From the sequence record NZ_CP118102.1: DNA of 64,000 nt; one strand, 5' to 3'. The stretch comes from a plasmid. The notes beneath the pieces were generated by a model. It made no database searches. It saw only the letters and a list, made by a program, of their open reading frames with translations, and had not been told where the DNA came from. Of this stretch, positions 29,166-39,457 are shown in pieces. The position numbers were made by a program, and so were the translations under genes. The first letter of the stretch is position 1; each line of letters starts with the position of its first letter.

Positions 29166-29735
29166 TTAAATACCTGAAGTCGCTGTATATGTAAATACAG
29201 ACTTATATGTTCCAGCGATAACCCCGATTTCTGCACCTTCACTATTTGTCATAGTCTTTGGCAAGCTCAGAATGTAATTCACCTCAAAATCATACGCTCC
29301 TTGACCTTTACCTACATCTGCGGAAACGATGGTGCTAGGAACTGAGGAGAGTACTTTGTTCTGTGCAAGCTCTCCACCTTGCGTAAAATCAATCGGTACA
29401 CCGGAAATGGTATTTTTCAGAGTGGTAGTAAATTGTACGATACTAGCAGGAAGCTTAAATTCCTGGCCGTCCATAGTAGTTACAAAATCTGTAGCTGCGA
29501 CACTATATGCCCAGCCAGCCCCATTGCCTCTATCATCAATTGCTCTAAGGAACGAATCCGCTTGTGATTTTAGATTATCCCTTGATGAGAGAGTAATGTC
29601 GTTAAAGCTTAGACGGGTTTGGGCGAACTGCAGACTTCCGCCTGTGACTGCAATCTCTTTCTCAATTTCTTGTGCAGAAGCTGCTAGAGGGAAAGCTATT
29701 ACCATTACTAGCATACTTGCCAAGACTTTCTTCAT
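29166..29735 (-). CDS. Small WxL-domain surface protein
   Basis: Signal peptide, GWAYSV and a C-terminal TYKSVFTYTATSGI. Confidence 0.65.
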   Translation of the reverse strand: MKKVLASMLVMVIAFPLAASAQEIEKEIAVTGGSLQFAQTRLSFNDITLSSRDNLKSQADSFLRAIDDRGNGAGWAYSVAATDFVTTMDGQEFKLPASIVQFTTTLKNTISGVPIDFTQGGELAQNKVLSSVPSTIVSADVGKGQGAYDFEVNYILSLPKTMTNSEGAEIGVIAGTYKSVFTYTATSGI

Positions 29736-29817
29736 CTCCTGTTCACTCCTTCAGATGTATTAGTTCTAATAGATCCTAAACTTACACCTTGCTCACCTCC
29801 TTTCAGGTCAGTTTTTT

Positions 29818-30936
29818 CTAGTGAGTCCCCTTAAACTGATGTGAGGCAAGCTTAGATTTAAGAGACTTCTCATCTCTTTCTTTCTTTTTCTTCTTAAGCA
29901 GGAGGAAAAGCAAGAGGAAGAAACCAATAATAAATACAAGAATTAAGATCCCTATTACAATTACTAAGGCCAGATTATTTTTTACCCAATCCCAGATATC
30001 TGTTTTTTGTAATATTCCTGCATAGTTCAATGCGTCTTGAGACTTCTGTGCTTCCGCTTCGGTTATCGTAAAGTTAAATGTTCTACTTACTTTGTCATCG
30101 CTATAATTAGCTTCAAAAATTGCGGAGTATTCTCCAGGAAGCAAAACTTTATCTTGTACCGTATAGACCATATCTGCTGTCGTACCCGCATAGATAGACT
30201 TTTCTGACGGTTGATTATTAAAACTTTCACTAAAAATACCATTACCCTTAGAGTCTCTTACTTGGAGGACACCGTGAGGCCTTTCTAAAATAGTACCTTT
30301 GTTAGTAAGCTTTACAGTAAATTGAGAAAAACCGTTAGCTATGTACTCATGTTTGAAATTGTCGATGCTCATTTCGTGCTTAGACTGTTCAACTTGATTT
30401 TCAAGAACGATCTGTACTCCTATTCTTTGAGCCTTCTCAATCAACATGACAGCATGAGTCGAATTCACCTCAGGTGTTCTCCTTTCAGAATTATCTAAAG
30501 ACTCCTCTGCGGCCACTACTCCTACATGCTGTCCAGGGACGATATTCTTTGGAACATTCACTTTGAAACTTAACTTCTTCTTCTCTTTCGCTTTTAGAGA
30601 TACTTTAAAGGGTTCTGCAGGTTGTATCCACGAACCAACTGATGCTAATTCCTCATCTTTACCTGAGAACAATTTGCCGCCATTAACACCTGGTTTAGCA
30701 TCTGCTGGATAAACCCAGACTTCTAACGGTTCTTCTTTTAAGTTCTGTAGATAGAAATCATAGGTCTTTGATTCTCCTCCACTTACAGTATCTCTGTAAA
30801 AACCCGTAGATTGTTCTATCTCTTTAACTGGAGACAAAAGGAACTTAACATCCTCTTGTGCTTCGACATGAGTATTTCCTATAACCATAAAGAAAAAAAA
30901 GCATAAGATTCCTAACATCCAGCTAGATTTTTTCAC
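29818..30936 (-). CDS. DUF916/DUF3324-type cell-surface protein with a C-terminal TM anchor (csc/WxL cluster partner)
   Basis: Signal peptide, then a C-terminal hydrophobic helix followed by KKKKKERDEK. Architecture typical of WxL-locus companion proteins. Confidence 0.55.
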   Translation of the reverse strand: MKKSSWMLGILCFFFFMVIGNTHVEAQEDVKFLLSPVKEIEQSTGFYRDTVSGGESKTYDFYLQNLKEEPLEVWVYPADAKPGVNGGKLFSGKDEELASVGSWIQPAEPFKVSLKAKEKKKLSFKVNVPKNIVPGQHVGVVAAEESLDNSERRTPEVNSTHAVMLIEKAQRIGVQIVLENQVEQSKHEMSIDNFKHEYIANGFSQFTVKLTNKGTILERPHGVLQVRDSKGNGIFSESFNNQPSEKSIYAGTTADMVYTVQDKVLLPGEYSAIFEANYSDDKVSRTFNFTITEAEAQKSQDALNYAGILQKTDIWDWVKNNLALVIVIGILILVFIIGFFLLLFLLLKKKKKERDEKSLKSKLASHQFKGTH

Positions 30937-30983
30937 TTCGTCATCTCCTCTACTCTTCTGCTACCTTTTGATGGAGTAAGCCC

Positions 30984-31634
30984 CTAACTACCTGTATTTA
31001 ACAGCGTCTCATCTTCTTTTGTAGTTAGCATGTTGAGCCAATTTGTTACTTTATCTAATTGTTCAATATTAATAGTGTTTCTAGGTTGATAATCGCGAAT
31101 GAAACTATCCAGTTCCTCAGTGGTTAGCACAGCTGTATTTGAATTTCTTTTTAAACTTACCTCTAATTCAACTTGGGGATGAGTAAATACAACGATCCCT
31201 TGTACCCACATTGGCAAACCGATGCTTTCAAGGTTCTTGGCAAGCACAAAAGTATGTATTCTGGTCATTGCCATAGGATTTCTAAGCGTCTTGGGTTCCG
31301 TGGTGTTATTTCCTGTCTGCTTGTACTGACACCAAACCTTATCTTCCTCAGATCCCACAATGCGGCCTGAACGATTCTTTCTGACGATGATAAAAACACC
31401 TTGATCTTGGACACGAATTTCCTCGATCTTCACTTTAATATCCTCATGAAACAGCTCAATATTTTTGTATATCTGGTTAGGGCTATCATGACTAAGAGTA
31501 TTTACTGGTTTTTTTCCTGTGGATTTTATTTCATGTCGAAATTTATTCTCCCTTAAAGTTTTGAATAGCAAGAAACATACAATTGCTAGGGACAATACAA
31601 TTAAAATGGTTGTTATTAAATTTTGTAACTCCAA
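30984..31634 (-). CDS. NERD (nuclease-related) domain membrane-anchored protein
   Basis: N-terminal TM followed by a GVFIIVRKNRSGRIVGSEEDKVW...VVFTHPQV core. Confidence 0.5.
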   Translation of the reverse strand: MELQNLITTILIVLSLAIVCFLLFKTLRENKFRHEIKSTGKKPVNTLSHDSPNQIYKNIELFHEDIKVKIEEIRVQDQGVFIIVRKNRSGRIVGSEEDKVWCQYKQTGNNTTEPKTLRNPMAMTRIHTFVLAKNLESIGLPMWVQGIVVFTHPQVELEVSLKRNSNTAVLTTEELDSFIRDYQPRNTINIEQLDKVTNWLNMLTTKEDETLLNTGS

Positions 31635-31658
31635 TTAATCCACCTACATATTTTGTAT

Positions 31659-31931
31659 TTAGTTAAATATGACTTTCGTTGAAAGTATTAAGAGTAATAT
31701 GAGATTCATGATAATAAGTAACGGGATACCTAACTTAAAAAGAAGGTGCTTTGTTTTATGTCTAAAAAGGTACATCCCCATCCATACGCCTGTTGCCCCA
31801 CCCAAGGCCGCGATTGCGAATAATCGCTTTTCTGGAACTCTCCGTGCTCTTATAATTGCCTGACTCTTGTCGTACCACATGATGAACAAGCCAGCAGTGT
31901 TAATAAGTGCAAAATAGCCGAATATTAGCAT
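31659..31931 (-). CDS. DUF1294 small membrane protein
   Basis: MWYDKSQA...RRVPEKRLFAIAALGGATG pattern. Confidence 0.5.
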   Translation of the reverse strand: MLIFGYFALINTAGLFIMWYDKSQAIIRARRVPEKRLFAIAALGGATGVWMGMYLFRHKTKHLLFKLGIPLLIIMNLILLLILSTKVIFN

Positions 31932-32102
31932 GCTTTTTCCCCTTAAAAATTTTAAAGAAATCTAATTAATCTAAATTACAAGACAAATAATATTACTCTC
32001 GATCAAAGCTGATACTTCACCCCTTTTAATTGTATGTATGTTAGTTAATATACTAATATACATATATACTAGTATCAATTATTTTCTTCTGAAAAGTACT
32101 AT

Positions 32103-32768
32103 TTAATTCTTAGGATTTATGGAAAGTTGACTCCAGGGAATTTTTACTGTAGAAACAGATTGATTATACTCGGTTTCCTGTTCTACTAGTTCGATGAGAG
32201 ATCGGAGGATGGCAGCATCAAAAAGAAAAGATTCTTCCTCCATTATTTTAATTGCACTAACAGCACTTAATGGAGATTGGTATGGCCTGCCTCCAATGAT
32301 CGTGGAAAATGTATCGCTTATAGCAGCTATCCGTCCACTTAAGGGGATCTGTTTACCCTTTAATCCTTTTAAGTATCCACTTCCATCAAAGCGTTCATGG
32401 TGGTACTCAACTATATTATTAATCACTGATGGGAGTTCAAAGCTTTCTATTAGCTTAATTCCCTTTTGTACGTGTTCAGATAAACATGCCTTATCCTTGG
32501 TCGAAAGGACTCCGTTTCCTTTTAAAATATCGTCCCCCATGGCGATCTTCCCTAAATCATGAATTAAAGAACCGGCATAGTATAGCATTGATTGTTTAGG
32601 GTCATGGATCTGAGCGAGTTTATATGAATAATGAGCCATCAAGACAGAATGGTTAGCGGTTTGTTCATCTCTCAATTTTATACAGTAGAAAAGTGCATCA
32701 ATGATCATCAAGTAGCTCTTTAAAGCCTGTTCATTCATCTTAGGCGATGGGTTCACTACGTTAACCAT
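32103..32768 (-). CDS. HD-GYP domain c-di-GMP phosphodiesterase
   Basis: IHDLGKIAM (HD) and HHERFDGSGYLKG (HD-GYP signature). Confidence 0.7.
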   Translation of the reverse strand: MVNVVNPSPKMNEQALKSYLMIIDALFYCIKLRDEQTANHSVLMAHYSYKLAQIHDPKQSMLYYAGSLIHDLGKIAMGDDILKGNGVLSTKDKACLSEHVQKGIKLIESFELPSVINNIVEYHHERFDGSGYLKGLKGKQIPLSGRIAAISDTFSTIIGGRPYQSPLSAVSAIKIMEEESFLFDAAILRSLIELVEQETEYNQSVSTVKIPWSQLSINPKN

Positions 32769-33883
32769 TAACTTACACCTACTTTTGGATTAATTTCACT
32801 GACATCTCTTGATGCCAAGGCTTCATGATCTCCGTATTCGACTACTCTGTTTTTCCCTGTCTTTTTTGCAACATACATAGCGTCATCAGCTCGTTTGATT
32901 AATTCGTCTGCAGATAGACCTTCAACAAATGTACTAAACCCTATACTTACAGTGATTGAGTAGATCCCCTCTTTCGTATCAAACGATGCCTCATTTTCCA
33001 CCCTAGAACGGATGGTTTCTGTTAGCTCGGAAATATTCAGATTCGACTCTATAATTAAAGCGACGAATTCTTCTCCCCCGTATCTTCCTCCAACACCTAC
33101 TCCTTCTAATTCCTCAATAAGGATTGATGAAACTTTCTTTAAAACAACATCACCTTTTTTATGTCCGAACGTATCATTTAACAGTTTGAAATTATCAATA
33201 TCTAGAAAAATTAAATGTGCATCAACTTTTTTGTCTACGCTTCTAGTGACAAATGTCGTGAACTGTTTACGATTGTATAGTCCGGTTAAGGGATCCTGTA
33301 TAGATGATTCATATGTATCACGAATTAATTGAATCAAGTAATCGACGATATACGAAATGATTACTGTGTAAGAAGAAATATATAGAAGAATGATAATTAT
33401 CTCTAAAGGTGGACTATTTCCTATAAACAAACCAAGGATTACGACTATCTTAGAGAGTATAAATAAGATAATTGAAGACTTTGCTTTGTTATGCATAGCT
33501 GCAGCTAGGTAATACCATGCAGCTGTCGCTAACACAATTGATAACATAGGCTGAATCGCAGGAAACGGAATCAGTAGACCAGTTAGTCCAATTGACCCAC
33601 ATCCTAGATAAACCACCGACCGCTCCCATCGCAGTACCGTGTTAGATAACTGGTAAAAGCTAAACAAGGTACAAATGAATAGTACGTCACCTAAGATTTG
33701 TGCTCTCAATGTCTGGTCATCAAATGCACCAAAAAGGGATAAAATATGATACACACTAGTTACAACTACAATAATGGTCAATTGAATATTGGTACTTGAG
33801 TTCTTACGTTTAGGCATTCTTCTAGTTAGATTCCACATTATATACAAAAGCGGAAGCATTATAACTGATTGTGAGAGTGACAC
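32768..33883 (-). CDS. Membrane-anchored diguanylate cyclase (GGDEF)
   Basis: ~6 TM N-domain, then RYGGEEF active site and a KKVDAHLIFLDIDNFK A-site. The stop overlaps the HD-GYP start. Confidence 0.8.
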   Translation of the reverse strand: MSLSQSVIMLPLLYIMWNLTRRMPKRKNSSTNIQLTIIVVVTSVYHILSLFGAFDDQTLRAQILGDVLFICTLFSFYQLSNTVLRWERSVVYLGCGSIGLTGLLIPFPAIQPMLSIVLATAAWYYLAAAMHNKAKSSIILFILSKIVVILGLFIGNSPPLEIIIILLYISSYTVIISYIVDYLIQLIRDTYESSIQDPLTGLYNRKQFTTFVTRSVDKKVDAHLIFLDIDNFKLLNDTFGHKKGDVVLKKVSSILIEELEGVGVGGRYGGEEFVALIIESNLNISELTETIRSRVENEASFDTKEGIYSITVSIGFSTFVEGLSADELIKRADDAMYVAKKTGKNRVVEYGDHEALASRDVSEINPKVGVS

Positions 33884-33953
33884 TTAATCCCTCCTAAATG
33901 AAAGAGTTTTAGGGAAGGGGGCTACCCTTCCCTGTATAACCATTTTTGAAATG

Positions 33954-36900
33954 TTAGAATGGAACCTGCGGACTAAAGTCATCTCGACTTGATAAATCGG
34001 CATGATAGAATACAACGTCTCCATCCTGTAAAGTAAATCTGTTACCAAAGGAGTCAAACTTAATTCGCTGAGATCCTTCTAATTGCCATTGATTCATTAA
34101 CGGCGCATTGATGTATTGCAAATGTGGTTTGTTTAGATCACCGTTACGAATGGTTTCGATATCAAAGTTCACGATGATATAGCCATTCTTAAAGAAAATT
34201 GGAGAATTATCATCGAGCCCTCCGTGTGTACGTCCATACTCAGCAATATCTGTCCCAACTTCTACCACATAAGGCTCTGCAGGTAAACTGTATTCCCCAT
34301 ACCAATTCTGAACAGCTGCATTCGCACGTTGGACATTCACAGAAGCTGGCAAGTTTGTTTTAGGACCTATAAAGGTACGTAGTTGCTCTGGAAGCAGCAG
34401 GAGATTATAGCCACCAACTGGAGTTTTTTGCTTGGTATCTTTACTTATAAACTGTTCCGTGTACTCCTGCTTCGTCATCGATCCGAGTTGCCCCGTTGTA
34501 TAGTAATTATCGAACTTAAAACTGGCCGTATCGATCATTTCTTCTGTAGGCACATTCCGAAGTCGATCATTCATAATGACATAGCGCTGTACCTTATCTT
34601 CTTCTGATCCAATCTTCACAAAATTACTCTCATTGGTTTTGTAATAAAGATCTACTGGAAAGCGATACTGACCATCTTTTGATACAAAGTGGAACGTCGG
34701 AGTAATTCGTATTCCATCTTCTTTGCCGAACATATTTCCTTTAGTTTTAAAGTCGAATTTGAAGTGATAACCGGTTTTCACAGCTACATTTTTATAACCC
34801 TCTGCAGGATGACTACCAGGAAGAATTGGCAAAGTATATTGCTCGGAGTTTCCACGAGGAGCACCATCTATGCCGTTCATTCCAACCCAATATGATAAAC
34901 CTGTAGGTAGTGTACTACCTATTTGCGTACGGAAAACGGACTCCCAATTGTAATCAGCTATATCAGTTACTTGAAAATCGTACAGCCGGCCAATCACTTC
35001 GATGGAAACTTCATCGACAGCTACGTGGTTCACTAAGTCAAGATTTGCATCATACTGATATGGTAACTCTGGAGGAGCGTTCTCAGCTATGTTCCTGAAA
35101 TACACCTGATAATCACCTTCATCAACCCATACTGGAAGGAAGAACTCTGTATCAAGCTGATTTACAGGAATATCAATCCAGGTATTCTTTGGATAAAATT
35201 GTGTTCGGCTACTGTTATAAACATCGAATGGAAACTGGACTTGTTTGGTTCTGAAATACTTTGCGTAATCACGATTACCGTAACCTGGATAATTCGTATG
35301 TTGTCCATTCGTCGGTATCCGAACTGTAAATGGTCGATCCAATATGAATGCAGCACGATTATAGTTCGGGTTCGTCTTCTGATTATGTTCGCGGTCATCC
35401 GTTACCGAGGAGTAGTTCACAACGGGCGTATGAACGGTTACGGTATTTATCCCGTATATCGGGAAATTCTTATTACTACCACCGTTAATATTACCTTCCA
35501 TGAGACCATAGTAAATTGTCCCAGAACTTGTTGTATTTGCTCGGTTAGTCTTACTACTACTGATAATGTTCCCAGGCTTATACAACACGTTTTCATTAAT
35601 TTGAGGCGGCTCAGGAATTGTACTCGGCGTTGGTCCGCTTTCATCAACACGGCTGCCACTCATGATAGTAGCTCCGTTAAATACAAGCGAGTCATTCGTC
35701 ACTTCTACCTTCTTAACACCTTCTTCAGCAACGCTCTGCAAGTTTTCACTTGGTGGTGATGGTGGACTCGAATAAGAGCTTCCACCGAAAGATCCTGGCG
35801 GTGCAATAATTGGATTTGGCGGTGATGGCGGATAGAAGGCGCCCGTTTGATCCACTGTAAATTCTGGTGGCTTATACCCCTGTGGGGTGATGCTTATCTG
35901 ATCACCTGGTAATGCGTAATTTTTGAGCTGCCCTTCATCAATTTTGTATACTTCTAAGTTATCAATCACCCAATATGAATAAGGCCGTTCAACTGTATAC
36001 TGTTGCACTACCGTTTCAGGAGTCTGTTGAGGATCCGGAATTGTTGTTGGTTCTCCATTCGGTCCAGGTGGACCTGGTTGACCAGGATCCCAGTGCAATG
36101 TCCAAGTCTTTTCTACATTAACTGTAAAAGTACATACCCCAGACATCTGGACGAAAGAATGTTGAGCAAGGTAGTTTCGAGCCAGGATATTTCCATATAA
36201 GCTCTCTGATGTTGGAATACCTTGTAACACGTCAAATTGTTCACTGCCTCGTTGATCAGCCAAGATTTTAGCTGTTACGACTGGATCCATGTATCGTCCA
36301 TCAATAGTAGTTCCAGGAGTTGGTGCTGTACAACTAGCTTCAGGAATTTCCGGATCAGGCGGCGGTGGATTCCCCTCTTTCTTATAGTAAAAGTTCACAT
36401 AGTAAATAGGGAAGGTAGCATCATACTTAAAGCCACTCGGATCTCCGGGCGTAATTTCTCCACCGCTTGGAGGTGCAACCGTACTTTTTTTATGGCCAAC
36501 GTATGTATATTCCTCGGTGCCTGGTGTGTGGGTGAATCTATAGTCTACGTTTTTCTCAAGCTTCTCTTCCCGATCCTGAAATCCATCTATGTTATTTAGT
36601 CTTTGCCCCGTCGTCGTCCAGTGTTGGACGATGGCTTTTCCTTCTTCTGGTTCAAGTTCAATCGTGAACAGTGTAGGAAAGAAATAACGCCAACCTTCTA
36701 CATTCTCTCCGAAAACTTGGCCGTTTTCAGTTTCTTCTTCAAGCCTCCTATCGACCTGCTTTACAGCTTCCAAAGTCCCATTCAACACGAAAACTTCCTT
36801 CTGCCCGACATTTGTTCCTTTGCCTACAACAGGCGTGTTTCTATAATTATTGTAATTCCTTGTTGAAGTGGCATCTTGATAGTATTGTTTGCGATTTACA

Positions 36901-37277
36901 GCCAATTCTCCCGTTCTCGAAGTTTCAAATGTCTCATCTGCAAGCTCCCAGTTAAAATCAAAAGGTTTAATTCTAATGTCTTTAATCTTACGGCTCGAAC
37001 CAAACGTAAATTCATATGTTCCACCATCTACAACTGCGACTGTATCTCCTGGTTTATGGCCGCCGCCAGTCCATTGCCCCGAATTGTTTTTCCAAACCTC
37101 GTAATATACCATCCCTACGAAGTAGTATAGATTCGGATTGTCCTCGTCCTGAAGAAGGCGATTTGAGCTAATTGGAAAAACTGCTGCCTCGGCCTTCCCT
37201 GGATGAAGTGTAAACACGACGAGAATAGAAGATAGAATAAGTACCGCACTGAGTAAGGAGCTCATCATCTTTTTCAT
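33954..37277 (-). CDS. Large secreted Pro-rich surface protein (1107 aa)
   Basis: Signal peptide. Pro-rich tracts (PGQPGPPGPNGEP; PPSPPNPIIAPPGS...SPPSPPS). No enzymatic motifs recognised. Confidence 0.55.
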   Translation of the reverse strand: MKKMMSSLLSAVLILSSILVVFTLHPGKAEAAVFPISSNRLLQDEDNPNLYYFVGMVYYEVWKNNSGQWTGGGHKPGDTVAVVDGGTYEFTFGSSRKIKDIRIKPFDFNWELADETFETSRTGELAVNRKQYYQDATSTRNYNNYRNTPVVGKGTNVGQKEVFVLNGTLEAVKQVDRRLEEETENGQVFGENVEGWRYFFPTLFTIELEPEEGKAIVQHWTTTGQRLNNIDGFQDREEKLEKNVDYRFTHTPGTEEYTYVGHKKSTVAPPSGGEITPGDPSGFKYDATFPIYYVNFYYKKEGNPPPPDPEIPEASCTAPTPGTTIDGRYMDPVVTAKILADQRGSEQFDVLQGIPTSESLYGNILARNYLAQHSFVQMSGVCTFTVNVEKTWTLHWDPGQPGPPGPNGEPTTIPDPQQTPETVVQQYTVERPYSYWVIDNLEVYKIDEGQLKNYALPGDQISITPQGYKPPEFTVDQTGAFYPPSPPNPIIAPPGSFGGSSYSSPPSPPSENLQSVAEEGVKKVEVTNDSLVFNGATIMSGSRVDESGPTPSTIPEPPQINENVLYKPGNIISSSKTNRANTTSSGTIYYGLMEGNINGGSNKNFPIYGINTVTVHTPVVNYSSVTDDREHNQKTNPNYNRAAFILDRPFTVRIPTNGQHTNYPGYGNRDYAKYFRTKQVQFPFDVYNSSRTQFYPKNTWIDIPVNQLDTEFFLPVWVDEGDYQVYFRNIAENAPPELPYQYDANLDLVNHVAVDEVSIEVIGRLYDFQVTDIADYNWESVFRTQIGSTLPTGLSYWVGMNGIDGAPRGNSEQYTLPILPGSHPAEGYKNVAVKTGYHFKFDFKTKGNMFGKEDGIRITPTFHFVSKDGQYRFPVDLYYKTNESNFVKIGSEEDKVQRYVIMNDRLRNVPTEEMIDTASFKFDNYYTTGQLGSMTKQEYTEQFISKDTKQKTPVGGYNLLLLPEQLRTFIGPKTNLPASVNVQRANAAVQNWYGEYSLPAEPYVVEVGTDIAEYGRTHGGLDDNSPIFFKNGYIIVNFDIETIRNGDLNKPHLQYINAPLMNQWQLEGSQRIKFDSFGNRFTLQDGDVVFYHADLSSRDDFSPQVPF

Positions 37278-37294
37278 TCGGCTCGTTGTGCTCC

Positions 37295-38242
37295 TTACTT
37301 GAATGGATTAACAATGACAACTGCATAATTCTCTAAGTCGCCATCTTCCAGCAAAATATAATCCGCCTGATTAATTTTGAAGTTTCTCCAACCCTCATAG
37401 CTTTCAATGTATTTTCCAGTTTGGAACTTATCTGACCGACTTACCACAGGATAATGATTCATGGCCGTTTTATCACCGTTATTAATAAAAGCCGCATCTA
37501 AAACTTGACGACCTTTCGCATAATCGTTCTTAACAAGGAATGAAACTGGATTTCCTCTTTGACTGCTTCTAATCTGAACCAAATCATCTCCTGTTACTTG
37601 GTTCTTAACAATATTTAAACTGTAGACTACTTGACTATTTCCCAACTGAATTGGAAGGTCACTTTCCTTAATGATCTTTACTCCTGAATATGCTTTATCA
37701 TTCAAGTTTGTAAATGCACTCTTTGTTTTCGTATACGCCTTGAACTCGCTCAATTTCGTAAGCTTGAATTCCTTATCGTCTGTGCTTCGGAAATCTTTCT
37801 CCCCGATCCAGACCCAGCGGCTGATTTTGTCCCATTCTACTTTTTGACCGAGTCCTTCACTTACGAGACGAATCGGAACAAACGTCCGGTTCTGCTTCAG
37901 GATGATTTTTGTACCATAGTCCTTTTTCTTTCCGTTGACTAAAGCTGTCGTTCGGCCAACTGTCATCTTCACCGTGTGATCCTTACTTGTAATACCTACA
38001 GTTTGAACCTTTCCTGTTTTGGAATAGCTAACTTTAGCTCCGAGTGATTCCGAAACGAAACGGATCGGCACCATCACGCTGCCTTGAGCATCTTGAAATG
38101 GTTTTGCATCTGGAAAACTCATTTTGTTGGTGTTAAGAAGAACTTCTACTTGTTGAGAACTAGCTAAAGCGGACCCGGAAGTGAATCCTAACATTCCAAA
38201 CGCTAGCACACCCGTCATGATAGTTAAAACTGTCTTTTTCAT
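37295..38242 (-). CDS. Secreted protein with copper-amine-oxidase N-terminal-like (stalk) repeats
   Basis: Signal peptide. Repeated VPIRFVSESLG / VPIRLVSEGLG beta-sandwich motifs typical of Cu_amine_oxidN1 domains. Confidence 0.55.
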   Translation of the reverse strand: MKKTVLTIMTGVLAFGMLGFTSGSALASSQQVEVLLNTNKMSFPDAKPFQDAQGSVMVPIRFVSESLGAKVSYSKTGKVQTVGITSKDHTVKMTVGRTTALVNGKKKDYGTKIILKQNRTFVPIRLVSEGLGQKVEWDKISRWVWIGEKDFRSTDDKEFKLTKLSEFKAYTKTKSAFTNLNDKAYSGVKIIKESDLPIQLGNSQVVYSLNIVKNQVTGDDLVQIRSSQRGNPVSFLVKNDYAKGRQVLDAAFINNGDKTAMNHYPVVSRSDKFQTGKYIESYEGWRNFKINQADYILLEDGDLENYAVVIVNPFK

Positions 38243-38409
38243 ATCTTTTACTCCTTATCTAAATTATTTAATTTCTTGTCCTTAATGAGCCTATAAAGGG
38301 TATGAGGAAACAATTGTTAGCGATGAGCTATCAATGGAGACAAAGATATAATAAATTTCAAATGCTCACTTCCCTTCAAGAAATGTCTTCATTATTATTG
38401 TATTAAATA

Positions 38410-38425
38410 TTGTGTTATAACACAA
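38410..38425. promoter_or_regulatory. Perfect 16-bp palindrome in the intergenic region between the Tad-like operon and downstream secreted-protein genes
   Basis: TTGTGTTATAACACAA equals its own reverse complement. Confidence 0.35.
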
Positions 38426-38446
38426 CACAATACAGACTTTTTATTA

Positions 38447-39457
38447 TTATTTATTGTTTTGATTTGTACACACCTTCGGGAAATATCCTTTCATTGCAGC
38501 TTCTTTTTCACTCGAAAACGCTTGTTCTATTCGATATCGAAAGCTACAAGATTCTCTGTAGTAATATTTCAATCCGGTTGAAGGATCCACTGCTGCATAA
38601 ATTACCGGCGCTTTAACCAACCTCCCTCCTCCAAACGCATAATTGTTGTAAAATTGATCACCTATTGGAATCCCCTGGATAAAGGCCATAATTCCGATAT
38701 CATCCACGGTATTGACCCAATCCTCTTGGGATATTGTAGGAAGTGTAAAAGTGTAGCTGATACCACTACGGGTCATAACTTCATTGTGTTTATTGATGAA
38801 ATAAGCTAGGTCTTTTTGAACATTGCTGACAATCCAACTTTTTCTTGCTTCTTCAAACTGAACCGTACTGTTCAGGATCTGAATATCTGTTTTGTTTTGT
38901 AATTCCCATTGGTACCCCTCTATCCATTTTCGGTCAGAAGCGTCAAATGCATAAACGTAACTATCCAGAGTAAAATTCAAACTGTTGCCCTGTGAATCTG
39001 TGTAAGCATATGGTTTTTTAGGACGCCACATATGTTTCATTTCAGTTGTTCCATCAGCATTTTTGTACTCGCTAAGGGTATACAACCAGTACCCATCATA
39101 ATCTAGCACGACTACAGCTGGTATGTAGGAAGCAAGGGTACTTTGTCCAACTGGATCATTCTGTACTTCAAAATTCAAATATAGTGTTTTAAAAAAAGTA
39201 TCGATTGCCTGTTCTTTGTTTGCTTTAAAGTATTTTGAAGACTGATAACCAGCTTCGTATTCTTGCATTTCATTGATGTTTAGCATAAATCCAGCATCTT
39301 GCGCTGCTGTCTTAAGAGCTGCATCATATTTGTCTTCTAGCTGCGCTACGAGCATAAGGTCATTTGTACGCAGATCCAAAACATAGTAGAAAGGGAAAAA
39401 GAAAAGGACAAAGACGATGGCCAGGTTAGTAATCCTCATTGAGTACCATCCCTCCAT
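38447..39457 (-). CDS. N-terminally anchored extracytoplasmic protein (candidate TadE/pseudopilin-like accessory)
   Basis: A single N-terminal hydrophobic helix (ITNLAIVFVLFFFPFYYV); the remainder is soluble. Confidence 0.3.
   Translation of the reverse strand: MEGWYSMRITNLAIVFVLFFFPFYYVLDLRTNDLMLVAQLEDKYDAALKTAAQDAGFMLNINEMQEYEAGYQSSKYFKANKEQAIDTFFKTLYLNFEVQNDPVGQSTLASYIPAVVVLDYDGYWLYTLSEYKNADGTTEMKHMWRPKKPYAYTDSQGNSLNFTLDSYVYAFDASDRKWIEGYQWELQNKTDIQILNSTVQFEEARKSWIVSNVQKDLAYFINKHNEVMTRSGISYTFTLPTISQEDWVNTVDDIGIMAFIQGIPIGDQFYNNYAFGGGRLVKAPVIYAAVDPSTGLKYYYRESCSFRYRIEQAFSSEKEAAMKGYFPKVCTNQNNK

Noticed and set aside
34383-37130. Numerous 60-190 aa plus-strand ORFs within the 1107-aa secreted-protein gene
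   Set aside because: Antisense to a long, signal-peptide-bearing ORF, with low-complexity translations.
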